The notes beneath the pieces were generated by a model. It had not been told where the DNA came from, made no database searches, and worked only from the letters and a program-made list of their open reading frames with translations. A stretch of 62,935 nucleotides of DNA, the filler included, from Craspedostauros australis (taxonomy: Eukaryota): the NCBI GenBank assembly GCA_030167865.1. It is 11 parts of 11 records of this genome, joined end to end, with 100 filler letters (N's around TTAATTAATTAA, not from the genome) between each part and the next. Parts side by side here need not be neighbours in the genome. Positions count along the whole stretch, not along the records: positions 44,991 to 47,063 come from JALAGF010002537.1; positions 47,164 to 50,801 come from JALAGF010002538.1; positions 50,902 to 52,218 come from JALAGF010002539.1; positions 52,319 to 58,709 come from JALAGF010002541.1; positions 58,810 to 61,627 come from JALAGF010002542.1; 6 more parts are not named here. One strand, given 5' to 3'. This document shows, piece by piece, positions 46,741 to 60,207 of this stretch. Position numbers and translations under genes: made by a program. Positions within the stretch are counted from its first letter, which is position 1, and every line of letters begins with the position of its first letter.

Positions 46741-49700
46741 CATGAGGTTCACCTGAGGGCATGTTGATGCGCCTTGCTAGTGGGTGTGTTGGAAATCCGG
46801 GGTACCCCAGTCTCTAGTAGTAGTATCTGGTTACCTATTCATGTTATTGCATTGTTGGAACTGTGAGTACAACATCTTCATCACTTTCNATTCCATTTGC
46901 CAAAGCATACATAATCCACAGTAGCACACAGTCTTGCCCTTGCTCATGCAGTGCTGTCCTCCTGCTTCATCATGTTATACAGCATGTACTCCATGTACAT
47001 CTCATCTTGTAGTATTGGTGCATCTCATCATGCATCTCAGATATTCCATCTCCTGCCCTCTACNNNNNNNNNNNNNNNNNNNNNNNNNNNNNNNNNNNNN
47101 NNNNNNNTTAATTAATTAANNNNNNNNNNNNNNNNNNNNNNNNNNNNNNNNNNNNNNNNNNNNCTGGATCGTCCGAATGAGTGTGATGCGCGAAAAATGG
47201 AACGGCACAGGCGGCCATACTCACCCGGGAGAGTCAACACGTCCAGAAGGGAAGACAAGAGAATCAAGTCGAAGTGCTCTCTCTTTACTATCCAGAGTCT
47301 CTCTAACTGACTGCATGCTCATACCAGAACATGGTATCCCAAAGTACAAAAGGAGAAATCGAGTTGGATTTGCAGTGTTGCAGTCCTCGTTGTGGCCGAT
47401 GCCGCTTGCTACATCCCATGCGTCGTCATGCTGCAGCCTGTTGTGTTGCTTTGCGTGTTGTGGTGCATCTTGCACTGATCTATAATACGTGTAACTCCCT
47501 TTGCGGCTCTATTGCACTGCCGTACTCGTGCTGTCATTCACGGTCACAGCCACGATTGCTGCCGTCGTCACAGCCACTGTCATCGCGACATCGTCCAACA
47601 CTTACGCACGGCGTGGCCTGGTGACATGCTCGTGCACTTACTCTGTAATGGGTGCGTTTCTCCTTTCTCTCGTCTCCCCCGAATGAGTGCCATGATCAAT
47701 CACGCTCATCGCGTCAGCTTCATTCCGCGTGAACGAGTCATGCATCCTGAGTTCATGGTCGAGATAGCTTGCTGTGTCACCATCTTGTGCAAAGGCTCCG
47801 AACCATCGCAGACCAGGTTGTAGGTCTCTTGGAAGATGGGGTCGCACTTGACTCGTCAGTTGCGGTTGCGGCTGTTGCTGTTTGCGTTGGCACATCGACG
47901 GCCGCGGGATTTGTTGCCTTCTTCCCTAGCACAGATGCGCTTGTAGACGTATCCCAGATGTCCCTCCTTCTATCCATGCATGAAGGTTGGCATGCAGGAC
48001 ACCAGCTCAAAATCGAAGTTGGAGATTTTGATGAGATCATGTGGATTCAAGTAGCAGATGAGGTACTTGGTGGAGCTCATGTTCCACATGTTCAAAAGGC
48101 GATCCCACTGGTCCGGTAGAAAGCCTGTTTGTAGTGTTGTTTGTTTTGTTGTCATGAATGATGTGTCCAGTGAGTGAATGAATGAGTGAGTGAGTGTGAC
48201 ATTACCATGCCACGTGCACATGATCACATACAGAATCAGCCTGCAAAAGCTGCACACACATCAACTTACCAATGCTGAATGTTGGAAATCTGGGGTGGTG
48301 GTGATACTAGAAAGCAAATCGTTTGTTAGAATCTACTTCTCTGAACTGTGAGCTCTTCATTGCTCTCAACTTCCAAAGTTTGATCTCCTCCTGAGATCTC
48401 TGTGGGTCCATCCATTGGTCCAGCATACATTCAATTTTCATTCATCTCGAATTCACCATGGACATGCATGCACCACCAAGTTCCCCATGTCCATGCACTC
48501 ATCACACTTGTTGGAATGTGTTTACTCGGATGTGTATGCATCAGTCACACTTGCGTGCCAGCAGGAATATTTGTTGGCGCAATCATGACCCAAAATTGAT
48601 GACAGCACAATGATACTACCACGATACCATGAGGACACTACGATACTACAATGCCAGGATACTGCAATACCAGCGGATACCACAGTATCCACCGCATGTG
48701 ACATCACATCAAGGCCTTACCTACCAGGTCTACAGAGAATGAAATATGTTTTAAATAATCCATCAGATTCCATCAATCATCAGATTCAACAAAACCTGAG
48801 AATGGAACAACGACGAGACAACGAGAGAACAACCAGATCAACAACAACAGAGACAACACCAACGAGCAACAAGGAGAGCCATGTGCATGAAGGTGCAAGA
48901 GTATTGCACCAGCAACGACCGTGGAGAGGAGATGGATCAAGAGAGCATCTTGATCATCTCATTCTGCATGCTCGCTCATCAACAATCGATAACAGTAACA
49001 GTAACAAGTAACGGAAACACTTACAGCCAAAGAGTGTGACTACTACCAATTCTCCATGCGCGGAGCCTTCCAACACTCTCTCTCTCTCTCTCTCCATGTT
49101 ATCAGTGCGCGATACTCTGTATTCGATACGTACTCAATCGTCCTGTCTCATATTGACCTACTGCTTCATGCGGAGTTTTCAATGTCTTGGTTGAACTCCT
49201 CCTTTACATATAGTTGAGATTCAACAAGGGACAGACTATTACCGGACACGGTATCCACCTCTGACGGGAGAAATTCTTGTTTTGGCGCGAAATCTTCCGA
49301 CTTGACTGACCACCAAATCTTTTCCCCCTTCTTTCTCTCCTCCATTCATGAGTCCATCATGACTCAAACATGACCGACCTGACTCACACCTCACCTTGGG
49401 ACTATATGCTCCTCAGATCATTTCACTAGAACACATCTCGATTCCCTCCATGCTAATGACTACTGCACTATTGCTGTAGTCTTGACACATGTATCCAACC
49501 AGCTTCAACTCGAGCAATGGAATCTGAGAGTGAGCTCCAGCCACAGCCATTGCTGTATGACCATTTCAACTGAATTGTCATGACCTACACTGCAGTGTGT
49601 CTATGTGTGTGGAGAGCAAAGAACTGCAATAATTGCTTACCCTCAAGCACTGAACCAAGTACATCAGTGCAGGGTCCTATCAAGCTGTGTGACATCGTTT

Positions 49701-51450
49701 CTTCACCCTACTAACACCACTAAGCTAACTCATAATTATCAGACAAGGATTAGCTACAAAGCACTCATCTACTCATCATTACAGTAACACATCTACAATC
49801 CAGTACACCTCTCTTGAACTGCATTACACGGCTATCTCGAAGCTGGCAGATTCACAAGGCATCCTCCACCGATTCGCGTCGCCTAAGCCCGAATCCTAAC
49901 TCATATCCATGATCTCCATGATGCCACAGTAATAGAATCTTTGGATTCTGTTCTGATGTGGAGTCAGCTGTTGATGTGGGGACACATGACATCGTGTCAG
50001 TGCCAGCTGTCATTCCATACTCCTTCACATTCCATATTCCGTTGATGATGTTGATGGGAGGCAAAGGTATTGTCATTTTGGGTATAGTTGTGAAATATTT
50101 CGACCTGAACTTGATGTCACTTGTTTCTGTCGAATGGATGGACAGACCAAATATCTGATGCTCTCAGATAATGGTGTTCACCCATTGCCTTCCGAAATGG
50201 TGAACACATTGGCACGCGTAAATTCGTGATGTGATTCACTCAATCACGCTTCATTGATGACATGAATGTTAGCGCCGTTTGCACAGAGAGTACAAGAGAA
50301 TAATGGGTGAGTAATGCACATACACCTATGCACATTCCGACACACAAACAACACGAAAAAAGATGCAAAAGACTACTCTTTCCCATTCAGTGTGTCAGGA
50401 ATCGGGGGTACGCTTTTACCAAGATACCCATGATTGCCGCACCTCCCAATAATATCTTCACAACTCGACGAGGTCAACTTCGTTGGTAACACTCGGACCA
50501 CCTTGCAGCCTGTCCCCCATCAACCCTCTGTTCATGAATGATATCAACATCAGTCATGTCCCACCATGGAGCCTATCCATGTACCACCGCTGTGATGAGG
50601 GCGAACCTATGGGTCGACCTCTAGGGATGTATTCGCACATGAGCCAAGACTATGGGCGAAACTGTCGATATATATCAGACATGTCGATGCACATCGACGG
50701 ACAAGGGATCGCTTCTTTGAGAAAGAGAAACGGAAGCGATGCCCCTATCCGCTCAAGAGCACGATTGACGACGCGACATGGAACGAACATGACCGGTGAG
50801 TNNNNNNNNNNNNNNNNNNNNNNNNNNNNNNNNNNNNNNNNNNNNTTAATTAATTAANNNNNNNNNNNNNNNNNNNNNNNNNNNNNNNNNNNNNNNNNNN
50901 NTTATACATAATTAACCGTTACATTTTTTGTTAGATCTTTATTTTAAGTTTTATGGAGTGATCTATGAGTGCATAGCAGTCACGTTGGTCCAACAGCACA
51001 AAACCCGTTGTTGTTGGCAGAAGGTTCTATGATGTTCTCATTTATTTATCGTGAGGTGATCAGTCACGGACTTGCTTCCGAAGGTCTCAGTCGTTTGGTA
51101 CGCGTTAATTACACGTTAGCATGTGGCGCATGATTCCACATTCTGCTCGTCACAAAACAGATGACACAAAACACATCACACAAAACACATCATCTCCAAC
51201 ATTTCGCAAAATCGCGCCACACTATGGCTCCATTCACAACTTTCCTCGCCAATGCCATGCACACTCGCCCTTTCGCTCCATGCCCGTTCTCGTCACACTA
51301 GTAGTAGTAGTAGTGGTTGCTGCTGTTGTTGTTGTTGTCACCAGGTGGTTGGCCTTTCATCGTATGCTCTCCTTCCTCACTTCGTCTCAACCTCTGCAGT
51401 TCATCACATCCAACGAGCAAACAGCACTACTCTCCACCAACAACTCCACC

Positions 51451-51977
51451 ATGCCTCTCTCCACCACCACCAAGGCCCTCTCCAAGGATGCTAACCCCTC
51501 CCCCAGTAAGAAACCCCGTTCTGCTCGCCTTGCATCTGCTCCTCCTGCCGACTCCAAGGGAAACTTGCTGCCTACTGTCGAGCAACTGTTGCCTGACAAG
51601 CCGTCCGCTGCGTTGAGGAAGCCGATCACCATCACGCGAGTGATCGATGTGAAGCCGATGCATGCAGTGGATGGCAACCTCGTCCCGAACGGTACGCATG
51701 CGCACGCTCGCGAGCTGCATGTGTTCGTCCACATCCTTGACAACAACGGATGCGTCTACGACGACTCCCACGTCGAGGTGCGTTCGGAGGGACGAGGTGT
51801 CGGCGATGGGACTTCGGTGAGCGTTATCGTGAACGTGCCACCCCCGCCTGCTGCAGCTGGTGTTGCATCACCTGTCGCGCCGACCCCACCAGCGAGGCTC
51901 CCTCGTCGCTGCAATGCTGTTGTTGCTGGGGGCTACGCAGATGCCTCTGGCGACAGTGACAGCACGTACGACGACAA
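51451..51977 (+). CDS. Hypothetical protein, probably transposon-borne; interrupted by a gap
   Basis: Open frame MPLSTTTK... on a short contig that begins with a dispersed-repeat motif. Confidence 0.4.
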
Positions 51978-54900
51978 NNNNNNNNNNNNNNNNNNNNNNN
52001 NNNNNNNNNNNNNNNNNNNNNNNNNNNNNNNNNNNNNNNNGGAAGAGGCGGGAATCTGGAGGCGCGACGCCATCGTTCGTGTGATGGCAGCGCTTCGATC
52101 TAACCTAGATCCAAAACTGTTGCAGCTCATGCCGAAAAAGGGTTCGTCCTCGCAGGCAGACATGATCGAACCGTCTGGAGCTATGTGAAACAGATGTGGA
52201 ATGTCGTATCGTCCGCGCNNNNNNNNNNNNNNNNNNNNNNNNNNNNNNNNNNNNNNNNNNNNTTAATTAATTAANNNNNNNNNNNNNNNNNNNNNNNNNN
52301 NNNNNNNNNNNNNNNNNNTACCAACCATCTACATACTTCATTGTCGGATCTGATCAGTCTCTATTTGAAGTAAGTACCCTGTATTGTATTCTGTTCTATC
52401 AAGGTGAGTCTGGATGAGGTCTCAGGCATGAAAGGATCCTGATGAGATATGGGCTGGCGGAACCGGTCCCTGTGGCATGCATTCATATTTATGCTCAGCC
52501 CCGTGCTCTACTACAGTGCTATACTCGCACATTACCATGCTACAGTCCGCTCATATTGTCTGTGTACGTGAATGTGAATGTGAACGTGAATGTGATGATT
52601 ACCAACGAATACACTGCAAAGGCATGTTGATACGGCCTCCCATTGCACAGCCTGGACGTGTCTGTTTCGGTGCGCACCCCGCAAACGCAACATCGTGCGA
52701 ATGCTCTGCCCCTTGCAGCGAAGTGAAGGGATGCAGTGATTGTTTCCTCCCAAACAGTGATGCGTGTGGGGACAATCACGCCTTGATGTTTCCAACGTTT
52801 ATACTAGGCACGATAAATGCGCGGGAGAAGAGGATAGGGAGTTGTACTCGTGCTCTGGTATGTACGATCTGTGACCACGAGCATGGCGAGGTGGGTGGTC
52901 CAATCACAACGCTATTCTTGCGGAAGTTCTCCTCGAGGTTTCTGATGCGCACAAGTTGGGATGAATTCAACCACGCAAAGACATCCATCACAAGAAAACG
53001 CATTTGCGCCGACTGTTTTTGTGCGTCACGAGTTCTGGTTCTGGTTTTTCATTGCGTCCCTTATACTTCACAGATGATCCACACTTATTCGCGAACAAGT
53101 ATCAACATCACGTTCCATCGCACGTAGTCGATCGTACTCGTGTGCGAGGTGCTGCCCACGCGAAGCAGTTTTTGCGAACGACCTGGGGCCTCACTTTATT
53201 TCTTGCGCCTGAGTCGGTGCTGACATTAGCACAGACCAATTTTTTCAAACCTCAACAGGCACGACCGACGAATCGATCCACAACCGCAAGAGATCAATTC
53301 CGTCAACAAGTGTCCGAGTTCACCGGAGGCAAGCCGTCTCCCTCCATTCCACCAAAGTAAGCCGTTGCTGAAACGAACACGTTTGACATGCGAGTACGAA
53401 CATAACACTACGCATAGGTGTATTATAGTCTGCGCGTATCCACACCAAGATCTATGAATCGGTGATGTTCTTGTTTTGGTACTTCGCGTCTCGAATGTTT
53501 GGTCCAGTAGGCTGGCAGTGTCAGCCCTGGGAAGGATCGATCCGCGTCCGTCGAGAAGCCTCCCACTCCTTCTCCATGGCCGACCCCACACATGCTACCA
53601 CCACCGTCATCACTGAAAACGAAGCCGTCGAGACCATACTGGCGCGGAGCTTACGTGTGGAATGTGCGGCACCTGCAGCATTTGCGGCATGTGCGGCATG
53701 TGCGGTATGCGCGGTGTGTGTACCACCTCTTCACCTTGCCGTTGGGGACGTTTCTGTGCTCGTGGGTGCTGCCATTGTCGTCCAGCATCTCAGAATCGGA
53801 CTTGCTGACCACGTCTGGTAGGAGAGGTCTCCTGCTGCTGTGGTTACCCCTCCACCCCCTTCACGATCATCAGTTCGTGTTCGTGCCGCTATCTACACCA
53901 TCCAGATGTGAGGTCTTCACAACCCACCATCGTGGTAGCCTTACCACCAGATGAATTCGCGGATCGGTCTGGATGTGGCATGATACCATCAGCGTACTCT
54001 TGGATGGATGGTACAAACTCTCCCTCGCCAGTATCGTGTTGTTCTATGCGGCTCTCGAGAGAGACAGAGAGAGGATAAGGAGATTGCGAGTCACCTTCTT
54101 TGCTGTGCTATTGTATGCAATAACATTGAAAGACCAGCCGCCCGCAGTCGTACTATTCTGGAGAGGATTGCCAAACTACGCGGCTGTACGATACATACCA
54201 CACAGGTCCAAGTTTCGCAGCTCTTTGCGAGTTGTCGGCTTCGCACCACATTCGCCAGTGCCTATTGCGGTGCACGATAACATGTTGGCGGGATCTTCAC
54301 ACGTGATCCTTCATTCACAACTTGCGACAGGAGACGAATGCATCTCTCCCCAAGCCTGGGCTGGTTGCGTTGCGATTTCACATTTAGCAGCGGGAATGTC
54401 AAATGCGGGAACACAGCGACAAGAAGAGATCACGAACAAGGTGAAAGCGATGGGCTGTTGTTGAGCAGACACTGTGATGCTTCCTTGGGCTTAACTGTAA
54501 CATTTATCCGCTGTTGTGAACACAGGGTAGAATCACGAAACAAGTGCAACAACCTTTTGGACGAAGAGAAGAATGGTGCAGCCGCTGCCATTTTTCACGT
54601 CTTGCCCAACACACAGAAGTAATACAACATCACAAGAACAGATGAAACAATGGAGAGCTGTCCAAAAGTTTGTGAAGGTGGTTGAGTGTCATGTCGAACA
54701 GCATTCCACCACCTCCATGTGGTCACGGAGGATGCATGACGACGCTTCCTTGGCACGGATGTTTCGCGCTTCCTCTCTTGTTGGGGCGTTTGGCACAGAT
54801 TCGTTTCGTAACGAAATGTCCCAGAAACGCTGCGAAAGCAGGACATTAGCCATTCGTGTTCGGTATTCGTTACATGGTCGAGAGCACATCAGGTCTGCCT

Positions 54901-55998
54901 TCGTCCTTCACACAGAATCTCAAAAAGATGGTCGGCAAGACAGAGCTCGCTGGGCGTGTGTGCATGTGTGCATGTGTGCATGTGTACGCGCAGCGAGTGT
55001 GTGTGTGGTGACTCGGATGTGTCAGAACGAGGACAAGCGCGTCGTACGCGCCTGTCTCAGTTCCATCTCTTGGGTCTTCTGATCATTGATCGGATGGGGA
55101 TTGGACTCTGTGGCTCTTCTCACTCCCAAGCACGCGCCAACCTTCTGATTTGCTTGGACAACGGCACATGAAAGACTCCACGACGCAGCCATGCATGCAA
55201 CAGTGCGTATTAGTACACTCGCAGAATAGCGTGCACTGCAAACGCATGCGTGCGGTTGTGGAGGACGCCGTGTGGCTGTGATCACAACGCACCACCAACG
55301 AAGCGCACCAAACATCCCCACTGGACATTGGGTGATGTTCAGGGGATCCAACTCTTTCGAAGTGGTCGTCCTCTGAGAGCACGAGGAGTTACTCTTTTGG
55401 TGTTCCAAAAAGATCTGTGAAATAGCACATCCCTGCATCGACCAAGCACACAACAAGCTGCGTTCTCTCACAGGATGCAGACAAGGGACCGCCACATGTC
55501 TCGAGCGATCACGACACCGAACAAACAACAAAACGGTGGCATAAGATGTCCGGACCGGAGATCAGATTGGCTTGCGTCTGCTGCTGACAGCCATTGGTGC
55601 CAATAACCAGCCTCCAGCAATGATGTGATCGAGTGCCGACCAACCGTACTCACAGCACAGAAGAGTGAATTCGGCCGATGATTGGGCTCTGTCATCAGTG
55701 ACAAACCATTGATGCGACAAGAGAGAGGTGGCAACAAGATGACAGCAAGACGACAGCGAACGAAGGAACGAGGAGACGAAGCAACACAAGGAGGCAGCTG
55801 CTATGGAACCACATGAGCGGACATCAGGGGCAGTTCCAGCGACTTGCGACACCTTGCGACAGTTGCGAGTGACAAAAGTTCACGGCCCAACCAAGACAAG
55901 ATCCGCAATCACCATGACCGCAAAGACAAACGCAAACCAAGGTGACAGGCTGATTCCGCACCTGCGAGCGCCATTTGTCGTACATAGCTCGTACTGGC

Positions 55999-56080
55999 AT
56001 ACTACGAGTACGATACATACTACGAGTACGATACATACTACGAGTACGATACATACTACGAGTACCATACATACTACGAG
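55999..56080 (+). repeat. 18-bp minisatellite (CATACTACGAGTACGATA) x ~4.5
   Basis: Directly visible. Confidence 0.9.
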
Positions 56081-56300
56081 CTGTACCAAGTCGTGCACAA
56101 GGGAAGAGGTGCCAGACATGGTGCGATAAAGCCCATCCAAGACATCTCGCGACTGATCCATCCTACGGAAAGTTCTGTTCAAACCACTACCACAAGGAGC
56201 AATGTCTCGCCAGACATTCGCAGCACGATGTGCGTGTCTTGGACACGAGGTCTTCCACACACATCGACGCAACGTGACAGAATACGATGCAAAGCGCACG

Positions 56301-56353
56301 AAGCGGCACAAAGCAGCACAAAGCAGCACAAAGCAGCACAAAGCAGCACAAAG
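56301..56353 (+). repeat. 10-bp tandem repeat (AAAGCAGCAC)n
   Basis: Directly visible, about 5 units. Confidence 0.85.
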
Positions 56354-56882
56354 GGACGCAAGATCGTCTGCATTTACCTGCTTGCCGTCCCAACGGACAG
56401 GCCAATGGAGGGGAAGGCAGACGAGAAAGCGCATGAGAGAGAAGCACTCTCCGCTGGGCACTCCATGCTGGGCGCTGAACCGTCGGAAAGCGACGATGGC
56501 AGGCCTCATTCGATTTGACACGAAGAAAAGCGACGAAGGAGGAGAAAACTTCGCCACTCGCGCTCGTACTCGTACTAACACCGGTACGAGCTCCACGGGT
56601 GAGAACAGAAAGGAGGCGAAGGAAAAGAGATTCAGAATCCATTCTCGCCACCCTCCATTCTCATAATCACAGATGCAGACAGAAACAACCAGAATCGCAA
56701 TCACACAGCAGCACCAAACACTACAATACCGCACATCATCAACATCATCATCATCAACAGCAGCAGGAACAGCACTGGAGTAACAACACACACTGCTCCT
56801 CAAACAGATACTCACTCTGTCGGAGAAAGAACTCAAACCATCGCAAATACTACTGCAAAGACCATCCCCAAAGACCATCACA

Positions 56883-58703
56883 ATGACAGGACACTCCAAG
56901 AGCACATTACCACCCTCCCTCACGGCGACAGAAGCAACCGCCATGTCGGCTGTGACCACCACGGATGCACCTAATGCACCTAATGCAACCAACGACAACA
57001 ATGAGGGAGGCGTCAACCCGTACTCGATGATGCACAGGACGTTGCAGAGCAAGGAGGCCAACTACGTCACGCACATCCTCCCCAACGACGTCCTTCTCGG
57101 ACGTGGAACTGGCCCCAACGACCACCCCGGCAACGTCACCTTCCGCAACCTCATCAAGGACCAGTTCAACAACTACAAGACAGCCTGCATCCGAGGCGAG
57201 AAGACCAAGATGGCCAAGAGGGTCGTCACCTACATCCGTAACCAGAACGGGCGCTTCCTGCGTCGTCTGGATGCCCACGAGATGCCAGCCGCCTTGGCAG
57301 ATCCCCAGCGCGATCACCACCTGGTCGAGGATGCGGAGGTGTACCTGGAGATCAAGGATGATCGGCTGCTGGTCCAGAAGACGAAGCAGGCCTTCCGGCA
57401 CTTGATTCGCCAGGCAGGACAATCCACCTCGCAATCCCAGTCGCCATCCACATCCCAGGGTGCAGGTACAGGCCAGGATCAAGGGCAGGGCCACTTCGCC
57501 CCGCTGTCCAGGAGGAGCAAGGCTCGATCCGCTTCGATGTCCATGCGATCACGGTCTAGATCGAGATCCCCTGACACGGTGTCATCCGGCGAGAGCGGCG
57601 TGGCACCAAGATCGTACGGCAGGGCCCGACGGCTCTCCGCAGCCGCATCGGCATCGACGTCGGGTTCTGTCTCCGCCTCTGTGTCCACCAGCCACAGCCG
57701 AGCGCAGCTCGATGGTGATGGCGCTGCCGGCTTGGTGGGCCACACTGGGACCAACATGGACGTGGAGATGAATGCGGGCATGGGCGTAGGTATGGGCATG
57801 GGCATGGGAGCCAACGGCCATGCCCAGGCAGGCGCTGGGGCAGCAATGGGCGAATCAGGTGCGCCACCAGTGAGCATGATCTCCATTCAAAAGTCCGCCC
57901 TGGCCCCTACCTTCAGCACGTCATCGCTGGACTCGTCGGTCGGCACCAACTCGGTGACGCATCGTCATGCCACTGGTGCTGCTGCCGGTGTCGGTGCCCC
58001 CAACGCCATGCTTGGGGCAGAAGCTGACATCGATGCAAGGCTCGCAGCGCTCAGGGTGTCCGGTCTGCCCGGCTTGTCAGCTGCGGCAGCAGCAGCAGCA
58101 GCATCCAGACCATCTCAACTGTCCTCGCTCGCCCTCCAGCATCAGAGGCAGCAACAGCTGCAGCTCCAGCTGCGACAACAGCAACAACAGCAACAGCAAC
58201 AGCGAGACTCGCAGCTACTCAAGCTGATGGCAGTCAACGATGCCCAGCTGCGATCTCGATTGGCCAAGGCCCAGCTTCTGGACGCTCTATCTACCCCAGG
58301 TGTGTCCGCTGGCGGTATTGCCAACGCTGCTGTTGGAAATGGCACTGGCAATCCATCCGCCCTTGCCCAGCTGGCGTTGGCATCGCAGCCTTCCCAGCTG
58401 GCCGCGCCGATGTCTGCGCCGAACACGTCGGATGTTCTGGATGCGGCGCTGCGTCTTGCTGCATCTCGCAAGATGGCGGCATTGCAGTCGGCATTGGGAG
58501 CAACCGCGGGCGTAGGTGCCGGAGTCGGAGCAGGCGGACTGGGAGTGGGTGCTCCTGTGTCCGCGACGGCGGCGGCGGCTGCATCAGCGGCTCTGGCAGC
58601 CAGATCAGGAGGAGTTGTTCGTCCAGGCATGGGAGATCGTCACAGCTTGCTGCTGGAACTCCTGGCTGCGGAGCAGACGATGCGGCAGCCGGCCTTTCGT
58701 TAG
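56883..58703 (+). CDS. DUF6824-type diatom protein with a polyQ/Ala-rich tail
   Basis: NDVLLGRG...HPGNVTFRNLI...Y...K...GRFL...KTKQAFR signature in a 606-aa intact ORF. Confidence 0.88.
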   Translation: MTGHSKSTLPPSLTATEATAMSAVTTTDAPNAPNATNDNNEGGVNPYSMMHRTLQSKEANYVTHILPNDVLLGRGTGPNDHPGNVTFRNLIKDQFNNYKTACIRGEKTKMAKRVVTYIRNQNGRFLRRLDAHEMPAALADPQRDHHLVEDAEVYLEIKDDRLLVQKTKQAFRHLIRQAGQSTSQSQSPSTSQGAGTGQDQGQGHFAPLSRRSKARSASMSMRSRSRSRSPDTVSSGESGVAPRSYGRARRLSAAASASTSGSVSASVSTSHSRAQLDGDGAAGLVGHTGTNMDVEMNAGMGVGMGMGMGANGHAQAGAGAAMGESGAPPVSMISIQKSALAPTFSTSSLDSSVGTNSVTHRHATGAAAGVGAPNAMLGAEADIDARLAALRVSGLPGLSAAAAAAAASRPSQLSSLALQHQRQQQLQLQLRQQQQQQQQQRDSQLLKLMAVNDAQLRSRLAKAQLLDALSTPGVSAGGIANAAVGNGTGNPSALAQLALASQPSQLAAPMSAPNTSDVLDAALRLAASRKMAALQSALGATAGVGAGVGAGGLGVGAPVSATAAAAASAALAARSGGVVRPGMGDRHSLLLELLAAEQTMRQPAFR

Positions 58704-59274
58704 AGCAGANNNNNNNNNNNNNNNNNNNNNNNNNNNNNNNNNNNNNNNNNNNNTTAATTAATTAANNNNNNNNNNNNNNNNNNNNNNNNNNNNNNNNNNN
58801 NNNNNNNNNTCGCCACTTGGTGATCGATCTTCCGTCACACCAATGCTCGTTGCTTTGTGATGTGGTTGGCACTCATGCCAATGCAAGTGCAGACGCAAAC
58901 GTAGTGCGAGCACGAGCGCGGGTTCGAGCGCAAGAGGGATACCAGCAATGTGGGCGTTGTTCCTTTCAATATTTGTCGTCTCTCTCTCTTCTTCCCGAGG
59001 GAGAGAGGGGGAGAGGAAAGAAGAACAGATTGGAGTCGAGGTGGGGCAGCATAGCATTCTTAATCTAGATAGAGATAGAGTTGTTGCTTTGTTAACACTA
59101 CTGGTATCGCACCACCAGTAGAGCACCATTCACTTCCCCACGAATGTGTTGTGTACTTTGAATCGCTTGCTTCACTCGATTCATGAGCGAGATGTTGAGA
59201 ATTGGTTTCACCGGTCAACGATCTCGCCTCAGCGGCCCATCTTCTCTCTCTCATTCTCTCTTTTCGTTCGCCGT

Positions 59275-60207
59275 TCACGGCATCCAGGCATCTCTGTGAT
59301 CCATCATGCCAATGTGCTGCGCGGTGACCTGCGACATGATCGTCGATTCAGTGTAGACATCGGCAATCGCATCTTCATCCACGATGGAGTCCTTGCGCAG
59401 CTGCTCCTGCTTTTTCAGCACGGCATCTCTGGCGGTCTGGCGCACCAGCTTCCTCTGCTCGGCTTTCGCTGGCAGCTGGATCTCCAATCCGCGTCGGCAG
59501 TATTCATGCGTGTCGTAAGGAAGCTCATCTTTGTGCATCATCATGACGGTCTCCCTGGCATCGCGTCGCAGCCCTTTGAGCTCTGGCTTGGTGTACCAGA
59601 TGTCATGAGCAACGCAGCGACTGCTGTTGTTGCTGCCCTCAGCTTGCTCGGCATTGTCACCGTGGGTCTCAGCGTTGGTGCTGCTGTCAACATCAACGCT
59701 GCTCTCGCCATCGACCATTTCGTATCGCGGCATTGTCTTCACTCGCACGGATGAGTAGAAAGTGACGTTCCTTCGCTTCTTCTGCTTCTTCTTGTTGCTC
59801 TTGCTCTTGTTGCTGCTCTTGCTCTTCCTGCTTTTGTTGTTGCTAGTGATGATGTTGTCAACAGCGTTGATGCTGATGCTGGTGGCTTTCTTCATGCTGC
59901 TTCGGAGGCCATTGTTGGCGTTGCCATCACCGTCATTCTCCTTGTTGCTATCGTTGGCATCCACGCTGGCATCCACGCTGACATCATAGTCGGCATAGCC
60001 ATGTCTGGCAGATGGCAACGGAAGGTCGGATGGTGGATCGAGAGGACGTCTCTTGGATGATGTCGGCGACTTCCTGCCATTCTTTGGGATAACGGAGACA
60101 GTTGAATGCTCAGAACGGCCAGAGTCCGAGTCGGCGATGGCGATCGCAAGTGCAAGTGAGAGCGATATGGGACGTGCTTGGTGTTGGTGAGAATCGTTGC
60201 GAACCAT
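59275..60207 (-). CDS. Diatom-expanded hypothetical protein (VxF...WY...CxRGLE family)
   Basis: KKRRNVTFYSSVRV, DIWYTKPEL, YCRRGLE, AVLKKQ, IADVY...MD; 310-aa intact ORF. Confidence 0.82.
   Translation of the reverse strand: MVRNDSHQHQARPISLSLALAIAIADSDSGRSEHSTVSVIPKNGRKSPTSSKRRPLDPPSDLPLPSARHGYADYDVSVDASVDANDSNKENDGDGNANNGLRSSMKKATSISINAVDNIITSNNKSRKSKSSNKSKSNKKKQKKRRNVTFYSSVRVKTMPRYEMVDGESSVDVDSSTNAETHGDNAEQAEGSNNSSRCVAHDIWYTKPELKGLRRDARETVMMMHKDELPYDTHEYCRRGLEIQLPAKAEQRKLVRQTARDAVLKKQEQLRKDSIVDEDAIADVYTESTIMSQVTAQHIGMMDHRDAWMP

Noticed and set aside
52700..55500. Possible pseudogene
   Set aside because: Only short ORFs in all frames; no family recognised.
55880..57061. 393-aa minus-strand hydrophobic ORF
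   Set aside because: Produced by tandem repeats and the CA-rich leader of the DUF6824 gene.
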